Assembly: GCA_020852295.1 (NCBI GenBank)
Contig: JADZBC010000009.1
Span: forward strand, 216,058-280,057
Direction of reading: 5' to 3'
Origin: a bacterium
Lineage (GTDB): Bacteria > Patescibacteriota > Saccharimonadia > CAILAD01 > JADZBC01
Length of the DNA stretch: 64,000 nt
Below, piece after piece: positions 1 through 9,714 of the stretch. The notes beneath the pieces were generated by a model that made no database searches, was not told where the DNA came from, and was given only the letters and a program-made list of their open reading frames with translations. The translations under genes and the position numbers were made by a program. The number at the start of each line of letters is the position of its first letter. The stretch's first letter is position 1.

Positions 1-990
1 TCTGAGATCGTTCTGACAAGCGGGGGTAGTGAATCTGACAATTTGGCGATTTTTGGTTTGCTCAAAGATATCGGGCGTGGCGAGATTATCACCATTCCAA
101 CAGAGCATGTCGCCGTATTGAGCCCAATCGCTCAGCTTGGGCAAACTGGTTTTGTGCAGAAAATGGCAACCATTGATGAGACTGGTATGGTTGATTTGAG
201 CAAACTCGAAACTACTATTACCGATCAAACTGTATTGGTTGCGATAGCCTATGCAAGTAGTGAAATCGGCACGATACAGCCAATCGCTCAGATTGCTGAA
301 CTGGTACAGCAGGAGCGAGCCCGTCGGAAGCAGGCAAATGAACAGACGCCAATATTCTTACACTGTGACGCTTCGGCAGCAGCCGGCCGACTCAGTCTTG
401 ATACAAATAGACTCGGTATCGATACGATGAGTCTCAATGCTGCCAAGATCTACGGCCCAAAAGGCGTGGGTCTGCTGTATGTTCGTCGCGGCCTCAATCT
501 CTCGCCGATCATGCTGGGTGGTGGGCAAGAAGCTGGTCGACGAGCTGGCACGGAGAACGTACCGGGAGCTGCCGCTATGGCAAAATCTTTACAGATCGCA
601 GAACAAATGCGCAAAGCCGAAGTTAGTCGGCTCACTGCTATGACACAACAGCTGGCCAGGCGTTTAACCGAAGAATTGCCCAATGTGTTGATAAATGGGC
701 ATGCCAAAATGCGTCTGGCAGGACATCTGAGCTTTAGTCTCGATGGCTACAACGGTGAAGACCTTGTGGCGTATTTGGACACCGAAGGCATCATGGTCGG
801 TACTGGTGCTGCTTGTGAGGCGGCCAATCGTAAGCCGAGCCGAGCCGTCATGGCACTTGGTCGCAGTCAAACTCAAGCCCAAGGAACACTGCGACTGAGT
901 ATGGGTCGGGCGACTACTGAAGCTGATTTGACCAAGTTCCTAGAAGTACTTACGTCTATTTGTAAGACTCTTGATACAATAAAGGTATGA
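1..990 (+). CDS. cysteine desulfurase (NifS/IscS-like class V aminotransferase), 5-prime partial
   Basis: Frame 1 is open from base 1 (EIVLTSGGSESDNLAIFG precedes the first Met). HCDASAAAG and SLNAAKIYGPKGVGLLYVRRG motifs are typical of PLP cysteine desulfurases. The gene sits directly upstream of mnmA. Confidence 0.85.
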   Translation, partial: SEIVLTSGGSESDNLAIFGLLKDIGRGEIITIPTEHVAVLSPIAQLGQTGFVQKMATIDETGMVDLSKLETTITDQTVLVAIAYASSEIGTIQPIAQIAELVQQERARRKQANEQTPIFLHCDASAAAGRLSLDTNRLGIDTMSLNAAKIYGPKGVGLLYVRRGLNLSPIMLGGGQEAGRRAGTENVPGAAAMAKSLQIAEQMRKAEVSRLTAMTQQLARRLTEELPNVLINGHAKMRLAGHLSFSLDGYNGEDLVAYLDTEGIMVGTGAACEAANRKPSRAVMALGRSQTQAQGTLRLSMGRATTEADLTKFLEVLTSICKTLDTIKV

Positions 991-1583
991 CCGAAGTCAA
1001 AAAATCACATGGTGGTTTATGGGTCCTTGGCTTTTTAGTTGCGAGCCTGATTGGCTTGGGTGTGTGGCTGAGTTTTTATCTGTCGCCACAGGACCCGATC
1101 GCCAAGGCTGACGCTATTGTGGTGGTGTCGGGCGGCCAGACCACAACCCGCGCCCAGCATGGTATTGATTTGTATAAGCAAGGCTATGCGCCACTTCTTA
1201 TTTTTTCCGGTGCGGCAATTGACGATGGGCCAAGTAACGCCCGAGAAATGAAGCTCCAGGCCCTCACTGCCGGAGTGCCACATCAGGCGATTGAAGTCGA
1301 TGAGGCAGCACAGAACACCTATGAAAATGCCATTAATGTTCAGAAAATCGCTCAAAACCGGTCTATCAAAAGTATGATTCTCGTGACCTCTCCGTACCAT
1401 CAGCGACGCGCTAACCGAACGTTTGTGCAAGTATTTGGTGATAACTTTCCGATTATCAACTCAAGTTCGTACGACAGTCGCTGGAGTAAGTCTGGCTGGT
1501 GGAGCAATCCATTTGGCGTGCGCATCACCATGAGTGAGGCACTCAAGCTACTTTTTATTCAATTCACTGGTAATTATCGATGA
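987..1583 (+). CDS. DUF218 / YdcF-SanA-ElyC-like membrane-anchored protein
   Basis: N-terminal TM helix followed by a VVVSGG...YEN...LVTSPYHQRRA pattern characteristic of the DUF218 family. Ends in an ATGA overlap with the next gene. Confidence 0.55.
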   Translation: MTEVKKSHGGLWVLGFLVASLIGLGVWLSFYLSPQDPIAKADAIVVVSGGQTTTRAQHGIDLYKQGYAPLLIFSGAAIDDGPSNAREMKLQALTAGVPHQAIEVDEAAQNTYENAINVQKIAQNRSIKSMILVTSPYHQRRANRTFVQVFGDNFPIINSSSYDSRWSKSGWWSNPFGVRITMSEALKLLFIQFTGNYR

Positions 1584-2617
1584 GTCAAGTTGTATTCGTT
1601 GGTTTGTCGGGGGGAGTTGATAGCTCAGTCGCTGCGGCACTGCTCAAAGTTCAGGGCTACCATGTGACGGCAGTTTTTATGAAAAATTGGACGGCAGATG
1701 TAGCGGGCAACAAATGCCCCTGGGAGGAGGACCTCGCAAGTGCCCGGGCGGTGGCGGCACATCTGCACATACCGCTCAAGATCTATGATTTCCAAAAAGA
1801 GTATCGCGCCAAGGTCGCCGACTATATGGTCGATGCCTATCGTCGTGGCCTGACGCCAAATCCTGATGTGATGTGCAACCAAGAGATAAAGTTTCGTACG
1901 TTTTATGATATGTGTCGCAGTGAAGGCGCTGACTTTGTAGCAACGGGGCACTACGCACGGATGCACGATGGTCAGCTGTTGCGCGGCGTTGATCGCAACA
2001 AGGACCAAAGCTATTTTCTCTATCGCATGCCCCATGATGCAGCCGAGCATGCACTCTTTCCAGTTGGCGAATACGAAAAGTCAGAGATTCGACGCTTAGC
2101 AGAACGCTTTGACTTGCCGACAGCAAAACGACCTGACTCACAGGGGCTTTGTTTCGTAGGCAACGTAAGCCTCAAAGATTTTCTGCATGAGTTTATCGAC
2201 TATAAGCCTGGGGATATTGTTGATGACCAGGGTCACAAAGTTGGCCAACATGACGGTGCGTTTTTTTACACCATCGGTCAGCGGCATGGTCTCGGCGTCG
2301 GTGGCGGCAAGCCGTACTTTGTGTATGACAAGGATATGGCTAAAAATGAAGTCTATGTTACGACCGATCCTGACAGTGCACTGCTCAATAAAGATAGATT
2401 GATGGCCGCCGATGAGTATTGGTGGCAAGCGGTGGAAGCCGACAAAGTCTATGACGTGCAAGTGAGATATCGCAGCACGCCAGTTGAGGGTAGGATTATG
2501 CGACACAGTGACAAATTTGAAGTCGTTTTCAGCCAGACTGAGCGAGCCATCGCACCCGGTCAATCGGTCGTGATCTATGACGGCGATGTTGTGATTGGTG
2601 GTGGCATTATTCAATAA
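1580..2617 (+). CDS. mnmA: tRNA-specific 2-thiouridylase MnmA
   Basis: N-terminal PP-loop VGLSGGVDSSVAA. Conserved MnmA blocks (CNQEIKF, ATGHYAR, DQSYFL) are present. Synteny with the cysteine desulfurase supports the call. Confidence 0.9.
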   Translation: MSQVVFVGLSGGVDSSVAAALLKVQGYHVTAVFMKNWTADVAGNKCPWEEDLASARAVAAHLHIPLKIYDFQKEYRAKVADYMVDAYRRGLTPNPDVMCNQEIKFRTFYDMCRSEGADFVATGHYARMHDGQLLRGVDRNKDQSYFLYRMPHDAAEHALFPVGEYEKSEIRRLAERFDLPTAKRPDSQGLCFVGNVSLKDFLHEFIDYKPGDIVDDQGHKVGQHDGAFFYTIGQRHGLGVGGGKPYFVYDKDMAKNEVYVTTDPDSALLNKDRLMAADEYWWQAVEADKVYDVQVRYRSTPVEGRIMRHSDKFEVVFSQTERAIAPGQSVVIYDGDVVIGGGIIQ

Positions 2618-2640
2618 TGCTTGTGCTATAATATTCGCAT

Positions 2641-3327
2641 ATGCAGCCACAAGTATTTCATCCAGATCCAGATAAGAAACGCGATGATGCACCGCCACTC
2701 AATGCCTCAACGCCCGTCAGTCAAATGCGACCAAACAACCTTGGTCGCCCACGCAAACCATGGGGGCGCATTGTCGTCACGTTGTTAGTGCTAGTTGGCC
2801 TCGGTGTTGGCGGTTGGTATGGTTACCGCTGGTACCAGAACAATAATAAAGAGAAGGCAGATCTAAAGAGCCAGGTTGCAGATTTGCAGAAACAGAATGA
2901 GTCCCTTAAGTCTAGCGTGCAGCCAAGCCCAGCCCTTTCACCTGTCAATGACTTCTTTAATATCTCGGAGTTTTCAATTAAGTTTCGGCCAGGTACGACA
3001 CTTCCGGATTTAACCTACATTTATGACGGAAAAGATGACGTGAAATTTTCAACAAGAAGTTTAATGGCTGCTGCCTATAAGGCGCCCTCCGAGCTAACTG
3101 CTTGCTCTCCAGGCGATAATCCAATTGGACACATTGTTCGTTCTACTAAGCAAATAGAGAAAGCTGCCGGAATTATCGCTGTAAAGAAAATTGACGATAA
3201 ATACTATGCTCTTGAATCTGCGAACAATGGACCGGCATGCAGCCAGAATAAAGGAGTGTCAGATTTGCTTTTAAAGCAACAGAAGGCTCTAGAGTCCGCT
3301 TTCGAGACGCTTGCGTCATCTAAATAG
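2641..3327 (+). CDS. hypothetical membrane-anchored protein (N-terminal TM helix, coiled-coil, C-terminal domain)
   Basis: ORF with hydrophobic helix VVTLLVLVGLGVGGW and a KADLKSQVADLQKQNESLK coiled-coil stretch. A TGcTATAAT extended -10 lies immediately upstream. Confidence 0.45.
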   Translation: MQPQVFHPDPDKKRDDAPPLNASTPVSQMRPNNLGRPRKPWGRIVVTLLVLVGLGVGGWYGYRWYQNNNKEKADLKSQVADLQKQNESLKSSVQPSPALSPVNDFFNISEFSIKFRPGTTLPDLTYIYDGKDDVKFSTRSLMAAAYKAPSELTACSPGDNPIGHIVRSTKQIEKAAGIIAVKKIDDKYYALESANNGPACSQNKGVSDLLLKQQKALESAFETLASSK

Positions 3328-3359
3328 CCAACTACAGCACTATCTAGTATAATTTCAGC

Positions 3360-5240
3360 ATGAATACATCTGAAATCCGTCAGAAATACTTAGATTACTT
3401 CGCGCAGCGAGGCCATGCTGTTGTGCCACGGTCCAACATTGTACCCAAAGAAGATCCCACGACACTTTTTACCGGCTCCGGCATGCAGCCAATGGTGCCG
3501 TATTTGCTTGGCGAAGATCATCCCAAGGGCAATCGCATCGTTGATAGCCAAACATGTTTTCGAGCCGAGGATATTGATGAAGTGGGTGACAATCGTCACA
3601 CGACTTTTTTTGAGATGCTCGGCAACTGGTCGCTCGGTGACTACTTCAAGAAAGAACAGCTACCATGGTTTTGGGAGTTTTTGACCAAAGAAGTTGGCTT
3701 GGATCCAAAGCGGCTGTACGTGACGACATTTATCGGCGATGAGAAAAATAGCATTCCAAAAGATACCGAGGCTGCTGAGATCTGGAAGGGATTGTTTAAG
3801 GAAGTCGGCATTGAGGCGCAAGTGGCCGAGATCGGCTCAGAGGAAGACGGCTACAAACGAGGCGTCAAAGACGGTGAGCGTATCTTCTACTATGATGCCA
3901 AAAAGAACTGGTGGAGCCGCGCAGGTGTGCCGGAGAATATGCCAGCAGGTGAACCGGGCGGCCCCGATAGCGAAGTTTTCTACGAGTTTACTGATGTTGA
4001 GCACGATCCAAAGTGGGGTGAGCATTGTCATCCAAACTGTGACTGTGGACGATTTTTAGAAATCGGCAATTCCGTCTTTATGCAGTACCAGAAGCAAGCT
4101 GACGGTAGCTTCAAAGAGCTGCCGCAGCTCAATGTGGACTTTGGTGGGGGCTTGGAGCGCATTGGTATGGCGGCTCTGGACACCAACGATATCTTTCGGC
4201 TCGACAATATGTGGCCGATTATCGAAAAGCTACAAGAGCTGAGCGGTAAGAAATATGAAGATCATGTTGAGGCCAAGCGGGTCATTGCCGATCACTTGCG
4301 AGCCGTAGTTTGGCTGGCCAACGATGGCGTGGTACCAAGCAACACCAAGCAGGGTTACGTCATGCGTCGCTTTGCCCGCCGTGCCATTCGTCGCGGGCTC
4401 GAGCTCGGTATTTACCAGGACATGTTCAAGCATGTGGCAGGCGTTGTGGTTGAGATCTACAGATCAGCTTATCCGGAAATGGTTGAGAATTTGGCTGAAA
4501 TCGTGCGTGTGCTCGATGCTGAAGAAAAGCTCTTTCGTCAGACACTCAAAAAGGGCCTCAAAGAATTCAACAAACTTGTTAATGATAAAAAAGCGCTCGA
4601 TGGTGAGACTATCTTCCGCCTCTATGACACCAATGGTTTTCCGACTGAGCTCACCATCGAAGAGGCTGAAGCTCGAGAGATCCCTGTCGAGAAAGACTGG
4701 GAGAAGGTTTTCGATCGTGAGATGAAGGCACAAAAAGAGCGCTCTCGCACCGCTGCCGCCGGTATGTTCAAGGGTGGTCTGCAGGACAACTCAGAGATCG
4801 TGACACGCTATCACACCGCGACTCACCTTATGTATCGTGCCCTCAAAAATATTCTTGGCGACCACGTCACGCAGCGTGGCAGCAACATCACTCACGAACG
4901 AGCTCGTTTCGACTTTTCGCATCATGAAAAAATGACACCTGAGCAGATCAAGGCAGTCGAAGATATGGTCAATGAAGCGATCGTCAAAGATTACCCAGTG
5001 AGCTTTATGGAGATGCCGACCGATAAGGCGTTTGAGAGTGGCGCTATCGGCGCTTTTGGCGACAAGTATGGTGACAAAGTGAAAGTGTACACGGTGGGTG
5101 ACCCTGACGGGGATTGGTATTCACGCGAGATATGTGGTGGTCCGCATGTCACGCACACAGGCGAGATTGGCAAGTTCAAGATTGTCAAAGAAGAGAGCTC
5201 GAGTGCCGGGGTGCGTCGCATCAAGGCCGTTATTGAGTGA
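3360..5240 (+). CDS. alaS: alanyl-tRNA synthetase, short form lacking the C-terminal C-Ala domain
   Basis: Class II core motifs are present (FTGSGMQP, FFEMLGNWSLGDYFK). The editing-domain motif HTATHLMYRALKNILGDHVTQRGS is present. Length is only 626 aa. A TATAAT sits 6 nt before the ATG, suggesting a leaderless transcript. Confidence 0.85.
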   Translation: MNTSEIRQKYLDYFAQRGHAVVPRSNIVPKEDPTTLFTGSGMQPMVPYLLGEDHPKGNRIVDSQTCFRAEDIDEVGDNRHTTFFEMLGNWSLGDYFKKEQLPWFWEFLTKEVGLDPKRLYVTTFIGDEKNSIPKDTEAAEIWKGLFKEVGIEAQVAEIGSEEDGYKRGVKDGERIFYYDAKKNWWSRAGVPENMPAGEPGGPDSEVFYEFTDVEHDPKWGEHCHPNCDCGRFLEIGNSVFMQYQKQADGSFKELPQLNVDFGGGLERIGMAALDTNDIFRLDNMWPIIEKLQELSGKKYEDHVEAKRVIADHLRAVVWLANDGVVPSNTKQGYVMRRFARRAIRRGLELGIYQDMFKHVAGVVVEIYRSAYPEMVENLAEIVRVLDAEEKLFRQTLKKGLKEFNKLVNDKKALDGETIFRLYDTNGFPTELTIEEAEAREIPVEKDWEKVFDREMKAQKERSRTAAAGMFKGGLQDNSEIVTRYHTATHLMYRALKNILGDHVTQRGSNITHERARFDFSHHEKMTPEQIKAVEDMVNEAIVKDYPVSFMEMPTDKAFESGAIGAFGDKYGDKVKVYTVGDPDGDWYSREICGGPHVTHTGEIGKFKIVKEESSSAGVRRIKAVIE

Positions 5241-5243
5241 CCG

Positions 5244-7253
5244 ATGGGTGCAGAAAAGCCGACCAACCAAGAAGCAGATCCAATGCATGGTCAGTCGGGC
5301 AACTTCTATGCTGACTTAGCAAAATCCGTCGAGCAACAGCGTTCGTTGCGAGAGCGCACCGCCGAGGCGTGGAAAAAGTATGCAGGCTATGGCCCTGACT
5401 ATCAGCGACGCAACGCCGAGCGTGCACAATCTGCTCGTGTAAAGATTGACCAGTATGGTGGCGATCAACTTACTATCATTGCCAGCATTAACACGAAAAA
5501 ATTCAATAGCGCTGGCGTTGAGGTAAAGGGCGATGCGGCTAAGCAGCCGGGTCTGACCGAAGGTGAGGCGACAGACCTGCATGACTACAATCCAGAGTCG
5601 CGTAATCACGCCGATATTGAGGCTGCTTACAATGACTATCTCGCACGGACGAAACCAGAGGAGCGACTTGTGATTTTCGAGGGTCGCGTGCGCCCCGACG
5701 AGTTCATCTCAGATCGCGCTACGGCAATTCGCCAAGCATCCGAATCCGGATTACTGCAGTACCTCGCGCGCCGCGATGGCGTGGAGGCTACTTCTGGTGA
5801 GCCAACTGATGAAGCAGTCGCACGGTACTGCTACGAACGCGGTGTCCAGCCCGAGGAACTTGCATTGGTATTGGTGATTCGTGGTCTGACTCACGATCTG
5901 ACGAAAGACCTACCCGACGACATTAGTATGGATATTTATGGTGAGGCGGTCGTTAATGGCCTAGAGGGTTTTGTTGATTATTCCAATGAACAGAAAGCGG
6001 AGATATCGAAAGATCCCGTTCGGATGGCAAAGCTTCAGCAGCAGGCAGTTGAGCTCGCCAAGCGTCAAAACGAAATACTTAGTAGTCTTGGCTTACCGCA
6101 ATTTGAGATTGATGAGCAGGCAAATACGGTTCGCTTTGCATCAGCCGAAGATCGTGCTGCCCTTGCCAAGGCGTGGGATCCGAGTAGTGAAGGGCGCTTG
6201 TCGGACATCCACACCATCATGACCGAAGCGCGCGACAAACATATTCTGGAGACTATCGTGAGTGCCACGGAAGACGGCAAGAAAGTCTTCATGGCCTACG
6301 GCGGCTCGCACGTTGTGAGCCTCGAACCTTGTCTAGATGAATTCTATGGCAAGGCGGAAGCTGCAAGTCAGCCGTCGTCTGATAAAGAATCAGAGCTTGT
6401 TGGTCTTATTGACTCGATCACTCCAGTCGCCGACAAATCAGCAATGCTGTCGGTGCTGAAAGATCCGCGACTTGTTATGTCAAAAGAGGGCAGGGAAGAA
6501 ATCAAAAAGCTAATAAATGTTGATGATCTTCAGCCTGAACAGGTGCGACGATTGGTTGATGCGGGTGCCAAGGAAAAATTGAATGAGATAATCAGTCTGC
6601 GCATGAAGGAGGCGCTCGAGCAGATCTTGCCGCTCGAAGCGCTGCGCAGTGACAATATCATTATCGATCAAAAAGAATCTGCCGATATCGATCCGATCGA
6701 AGAAATTCGCCAAATCGTCACCGACCCAGAACTTACTGCCAACCAGGGAGCAATGCAGAATGTCCTCATTTCTGAACGATCGCAGTACGTATTGAAAGTA
6801 TTGAAGAGTGATCTCCAGGATAATCCTTACGCAAGAGAAACGCTCGCTCATTACGATGAAGTACTAAAGGCATTTGGTCATGATTTTCTGCCTCGTCAAA
6901 TTGGCTTTGAGTTGAGAAATCCTCCGCTTGCCGGCACCTTGCAGGAAAAAGTAGCCATCGATGAATATCAAGTCCTCAATGCCGTGACAGATTTGGAGCA
7001 ATTTGATGATCAGACACAAAGCCCCCAGAACAAAGAAAAAGTAAAAGAGTTTATTGCTGGGTTTGATAGATTGGCTCAGCAGGGCCTTACACTTGATGTG
7101 TTGGGTGATAATGTTTTGTGGAAAAAAGGGACAAACGGTGAGCTGGAGATTCTCATTGTAGACACTGGTTCCTTTAGTAATGACTATGAGGGCAGTGCTC
7201 AAAGTGTACAAGAGGCCAATCGCTTAATAGATCGTTTGCGTCAATTGGTGTAG
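5244..7253 (+). CDS. large hypothetical cytoplasmic protein (669 aa)
   Basis: Long uninterrupted ORF with native-like codon usage. No recognisable motif. Starts 4 nt after the alaS stop. Confidence 0.5.
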   Translation: MGAEKPTNQEADPMHGQSGNFYADLAKSVEQQRSLRERTAEAWKKYAGYGPDYQRRNAERAQSARVKIDQYGGDQLTIIASINTKKFNSAGVEVKGDAAKQPGLTEGEATDLHDYNPESRNHADIEAAYNDYLARTKPEERLVIFEGRVRPDEFISDRATAIRQASESGLLQYLARRDGVEATSGEPTDEAVARYCYERGVQPEELALVLVIRGLTHDLTKDLPDDISMDIYGEAVVNGLEGFVDYSNEQKAEISKDPVRMAKLQQQAVELAKRQNEILSSLGLPQFEIDEQANTVRFASAEDRAALAKAWDPSSEGRLSDIHTIMTEARDKHILETIVSATEDGKKVFMAYGGSHVVSLEPCLDEFYGKAEAASQPSSDKESELVGLIDSITPVADKSAMLSVLKDPRLVMSKEGREEIKKLINVDDLQPEQVRRLVDAGAKEKLNEIISLRMKEALEQILPLEALRSDNIIIDQKESADIDPIEEIRQIVTDPELTANQGAMQNVLISERSQYVLKVLKSDLQDNPYARETLAHYDEVLKAFGHDFLPRQIGFELRNPPLAGTLQEKVAIDEYQVLNAVTDLEQFDDQTQSPQNKEKVKEFIAGFDRLAQQGLTLDVLGDNVLWKKGTNGELEILIVDTGSFSNDYEGSAQSVQEANRLIDRLRQLV

Positions 7254-7270
7254 AAAAAGTGTAATCGCGA

Positions 7271-7333
7271 AGGCCCGCGAAAAAATCACGGGCCCGGGGC
7301 CGGGGGACAGGACTCGAGAGCCCCGTCCCCCGG
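7271..7333. terminator. bidirectional GC-rich hairpin pair between convergent genes
   Basis: Hairpin GGCCCG-cgaaaaaatca-CGGGCC at 7272-7294. Hairpin CCGGGGGAC-17 nt loop-GTCCCCCGG at 7300-7333. Both lie between the stop codons of the 5244..7253 (+) and 7377..8273 (-) genes. Confidence 0.55.
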
Positions 7334-7376
7334 CGGGTGTCGACGCGGTTCCCCCTGTGCACCGCGCGACACGATC

Positions 7377-8273
7377 TCACACCGTCGGGAAGCGCATCCC
7401 CAGCTTGCTGCCCAGCAGGTGCCGGAACGGCGGCTGCTGGTAGGGCTGCTGGAACTTGGCGACATGGTCGCGCATCATCTGGCGGTACTCCTCGGTGTGC
7501 AGACCGAGGCTTCGCGTTGCCAGAGGACGCGCCATCACGGTGATGACTCCCACGGCCCACATGAAGCAGGCCGGGTTGTCGATCGACCAGATGGCCAAGC
7601 TCCAGGCGCCAGCCATGGCGAGAAGTTGTGCGAAGAACTTCTTCTTGCCGTAGTGGTTGGCGCCGGGGACCTCTTGCCCGAGCTTCTGGCAGATGTGCTC
7701 CGTCGGCAGGCTGAGCTTGACCAGTGCCAGCTCCTCCTTGAGCGCCCACAGGGCAGTTCCGGTGAAGACCAGGCCGGCCACGGTGCCGTGGTACGACCAG
7801 GTCAGCCACCAGAACGCGCCCAGCAGGCTGATGAAGTACACCTTGTCGGCGAGCGGGTCGATGCCCTTGCCGATGTCGGTGACGCAGTTACGCCGCGCCT
7901 GATCCGGCGGGCGGTCCAGCATGTCTGGCCAGTTGGGGGCTCCCTTGGGCAGGTAGAGGTTGCGGGCAACCGGTCCGTCCAGCCCATCGAGCAGGGCGAG
8001 TCCGGCGGTCGCGACCAGCCACCAGATGGCAGCATTGGTCGATCCCTTCATGGTCGCGATCGCGAGCTGAGCCACCACGTAGGGCGACACCAGCATGCGG
8101 CCGATGCTCATGATGTTGGCGGACTGCCGCAGGATGGGGCGGAGTCGGGGGAAGCGCATCAGCGGCTGCATCCAGGAGAGGAAGAGCAGCTGAGCGATGT
8201 TGTCAAGGAGCTGGCGGAAGCCAGCCTCGATAGTTGCACCCAGTCCTTGCGGCTGGGAGTTGTCGATGGACAT
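7377..8273 (-). CDS. CDP-alcohol phosphatidyltransferase family protein (high-GC, foreign composition)
   Basis: Matches the signature D-G-x2-A-R...G-x3-D-x3-D (LDGPVAR...GKGIDPLADKVY). Multiple TM helices. About 65% GC with G/C-dominated third codon positions. The ATG at 8273 is preceded by a GAGGAGG RBS. The GTG at 8306 is an alternative start. Confidence 0.7.
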   Translation of the reverse strand: MSIDNSQPQGLGATIEAGFRQLLDNIAQLLFLSWMQPLMRFPRLRPILRQSANIMSIGRMLVSPYVVAQLAIATMKGSTNAAIWWLVATAGLALLDGLDGPVARNLYLPKGAPNWPDMLDRPPDQARRNCVTDIGKGIDPLADKVYFISLLGAFWWLTWSYHGTVAGLVFTGTALWALKEELALVKLSLPTEHICQKLGQEVPGANHYGKKKFFAQLLAMAGAWSLAIWSIDNPACFMWAVGVITVMARPLATRSLGLHTEEYRQMMRDHVAKFQQPYQQPPFRHLLGSKLGMRFPTV

Positions 8274-8309
8274 GGGGAAAGCCTCCTCGGCCGGGGATAG
8301 GTTCACATA

Positions 8310-8337
8310 ACATTATCAAAAAAAGTCAATATTTTCA
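8310..8337 (-). promoter_or_regulatory. candidate sigma70-like promoter (TTGAAA-16-TAATGT on the minus strand) for the phosphatidyltransferase gene
   Basis: An AT-rich -35/-10 pair sits upstream of a GC-rich leader and the GAGGAGG RBS. Confidence 0.4.
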
Positions 8338-8406
8338 AGTCTAACCCTGGCACAACGCCTACTGACGCGTTACAATAAAAGCGGTTATGCCAATCATAAT
8401 CTAACT

Positions 8407-9672
8407 TTGGGTAATTATTTGAAGCTTCCTCGTTTTCTAAAACCAAAAAGTACATCACAGTATCTTGTCGCGCTCGACATCGGTACGGAGTATGTGAAGG
8501 CTCTGATCGGACAGGTGGCTGGTGACAAGGTCGAGATCATCGGCGTTGGCCGGCAGCGACAACGCCTTACGGACATGAGCTCTGGTGCGGTGACCGACAT
8601 CGCCGGTGTCGTAGAGAATTGCGACGCGGCGCTGAAGCGGGCCGAGCAGATGGCAGGTGTCGTCGCCAAAGATGCTGTGCTTGGTATTGCCGGCGAGCTG
8701 GTCAAAGGCGGCTCGACTTCTATCAGCTATCGTCGCGCTCGGCCAAATATCCAGATCGATATGGTTGAGCTGAAGGATATTATTGAGCGAATCCAAAACG
8801 AAGCATTTGAACGTGTCCGTAAGGAACTGGCTTGGGAAACTGGCTACAAGGAGCTCGAAGTGAAGCTTGTCAACGCGGCGGTGGTCGATGTGTACATCGA
8901 TGGCTATCGCGTGACGAATCCAATCGGTTTTCAGGGGCGCGATGTTAGTATCCAGATTTTCAACGCGTTTGCTCCGATGGTGCATCTTGGCGCTCTACAA
9001 TCTGTCGCCAAGGATCTTGATCTCAATCTGATCAACATCGCTGCTGAGCCGTTTGCGGTCGCGAAGAGTGTTGGCGCAGAGGACTCGACAGAGTTTTCAG
9101 CCATTTTCATCGACATTGGTGGCGGTACCAGCGATATTGCAGTCGTCAACAATGGCGGGGTTGAGGGGACCAAGATGTTTGCAATCGGTGGCCGGAGTTT
9201 TACTAAGCGAATAGCCAGCAATCTCGGTGTGTCATTTGAAAAAGCTGAGCAGCTCAAGCTTGATCACTCAGCGGGTAAGCTGGGTGCCAAGCAGGAAAAA
9301 GATGTTGCGGCTGCTTTGGCTGGCGACATCGAAGTCTGGTTGAGTGGGGTTGAGCTGAGCTTGAGTGAATTTGATAAACTGGATCACTTGCCGAACCGTA
9401 TCATGCTCTGTGGAGGTGGTTCGGCTCTGCCAGAGATCAAGCAGGCTCTGATGGGCAGTACTTGGTATAAAAATCTTGGTTTCGCTCGTAAGCCAAAAGT
9501 TGATTTTGTTTCACCAAGTGAAGTGAGTCGCGTGGTTGATAAGACCGGCAAGTTGGTCAATCAGCAAGACATTACTCCGATGGGCTTGGCGAATCTCGGT
9601 CTTGATATCGTTGGCACGGAAAGCATTGGTGAAAATGTCTTACAGCGGCTAAGCCGGACGCTCAGCTTGTAG
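8407..9672 (+). CDS. ftsA: cell division protein FtsA (actin-like ATPase)
   Basis: The motifs LVALDIGTEYVKALIG, FIDIGGGTSDIAVV and LCGGGSALPEIKQAL match the FtsA/actin fold. Apparent TTG start at 8407. Confidence 0.8.
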   Translation: MGNYLKLPRFLKPKSTSQYLVALDIGTEYVKALIGQVAGDKVEIIGVGRQRQRLTDMSSGAVTDIAGVVENCDAALKRAEQMAGVVAKDAVLGIAGELVKGGSTSISYRRARPNIQIDMVELKDIIERIQNEAFERVRKELAWETGYKELEVKLVNAAVVDVYIDGYRVTNPIGFQGRDVSIQIFNAFAPMVHLGALQSVAKDLDLNLINIAAEPFAVAKSVGAEDSTEFSAIFIDIGGGTSDIAVVNNGGVEGTKMFAIGGRSFTKRIASNLGVSFEKAEQLKLDHSAGKLGAKQEKDVAAALAGDIEVWLSGVELSLSEFDKLDHLPNRIMLCGGGSALPEIKQALMGSTWYKNLGFARKPKVDFVSPSEVSRVVDKTGKLVNQQDITPMGLANLGLDIVGTESIGENVLQRLSRTLSL

Positions 9673-9714
9673 TAAAGCATAACATTGATCAAATTTTAGG
9701 TTATAATAACGCAT

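Noticed and set aside
437-882. Small ORFs on both strands within the cysteine desulfurase gene
   Set aside because: They are internal to a well-supported CDS. They are frame artefacts.
7419-8300. 293-aa plus-strand ORF, plus several smaller ones, inside the phosphatidyltransferase gene
   Set aside because: These are GC-shadow frames typical of high-GC DNA. The minus-strand frame carries the CDP-OH transferase motif and the RBS.
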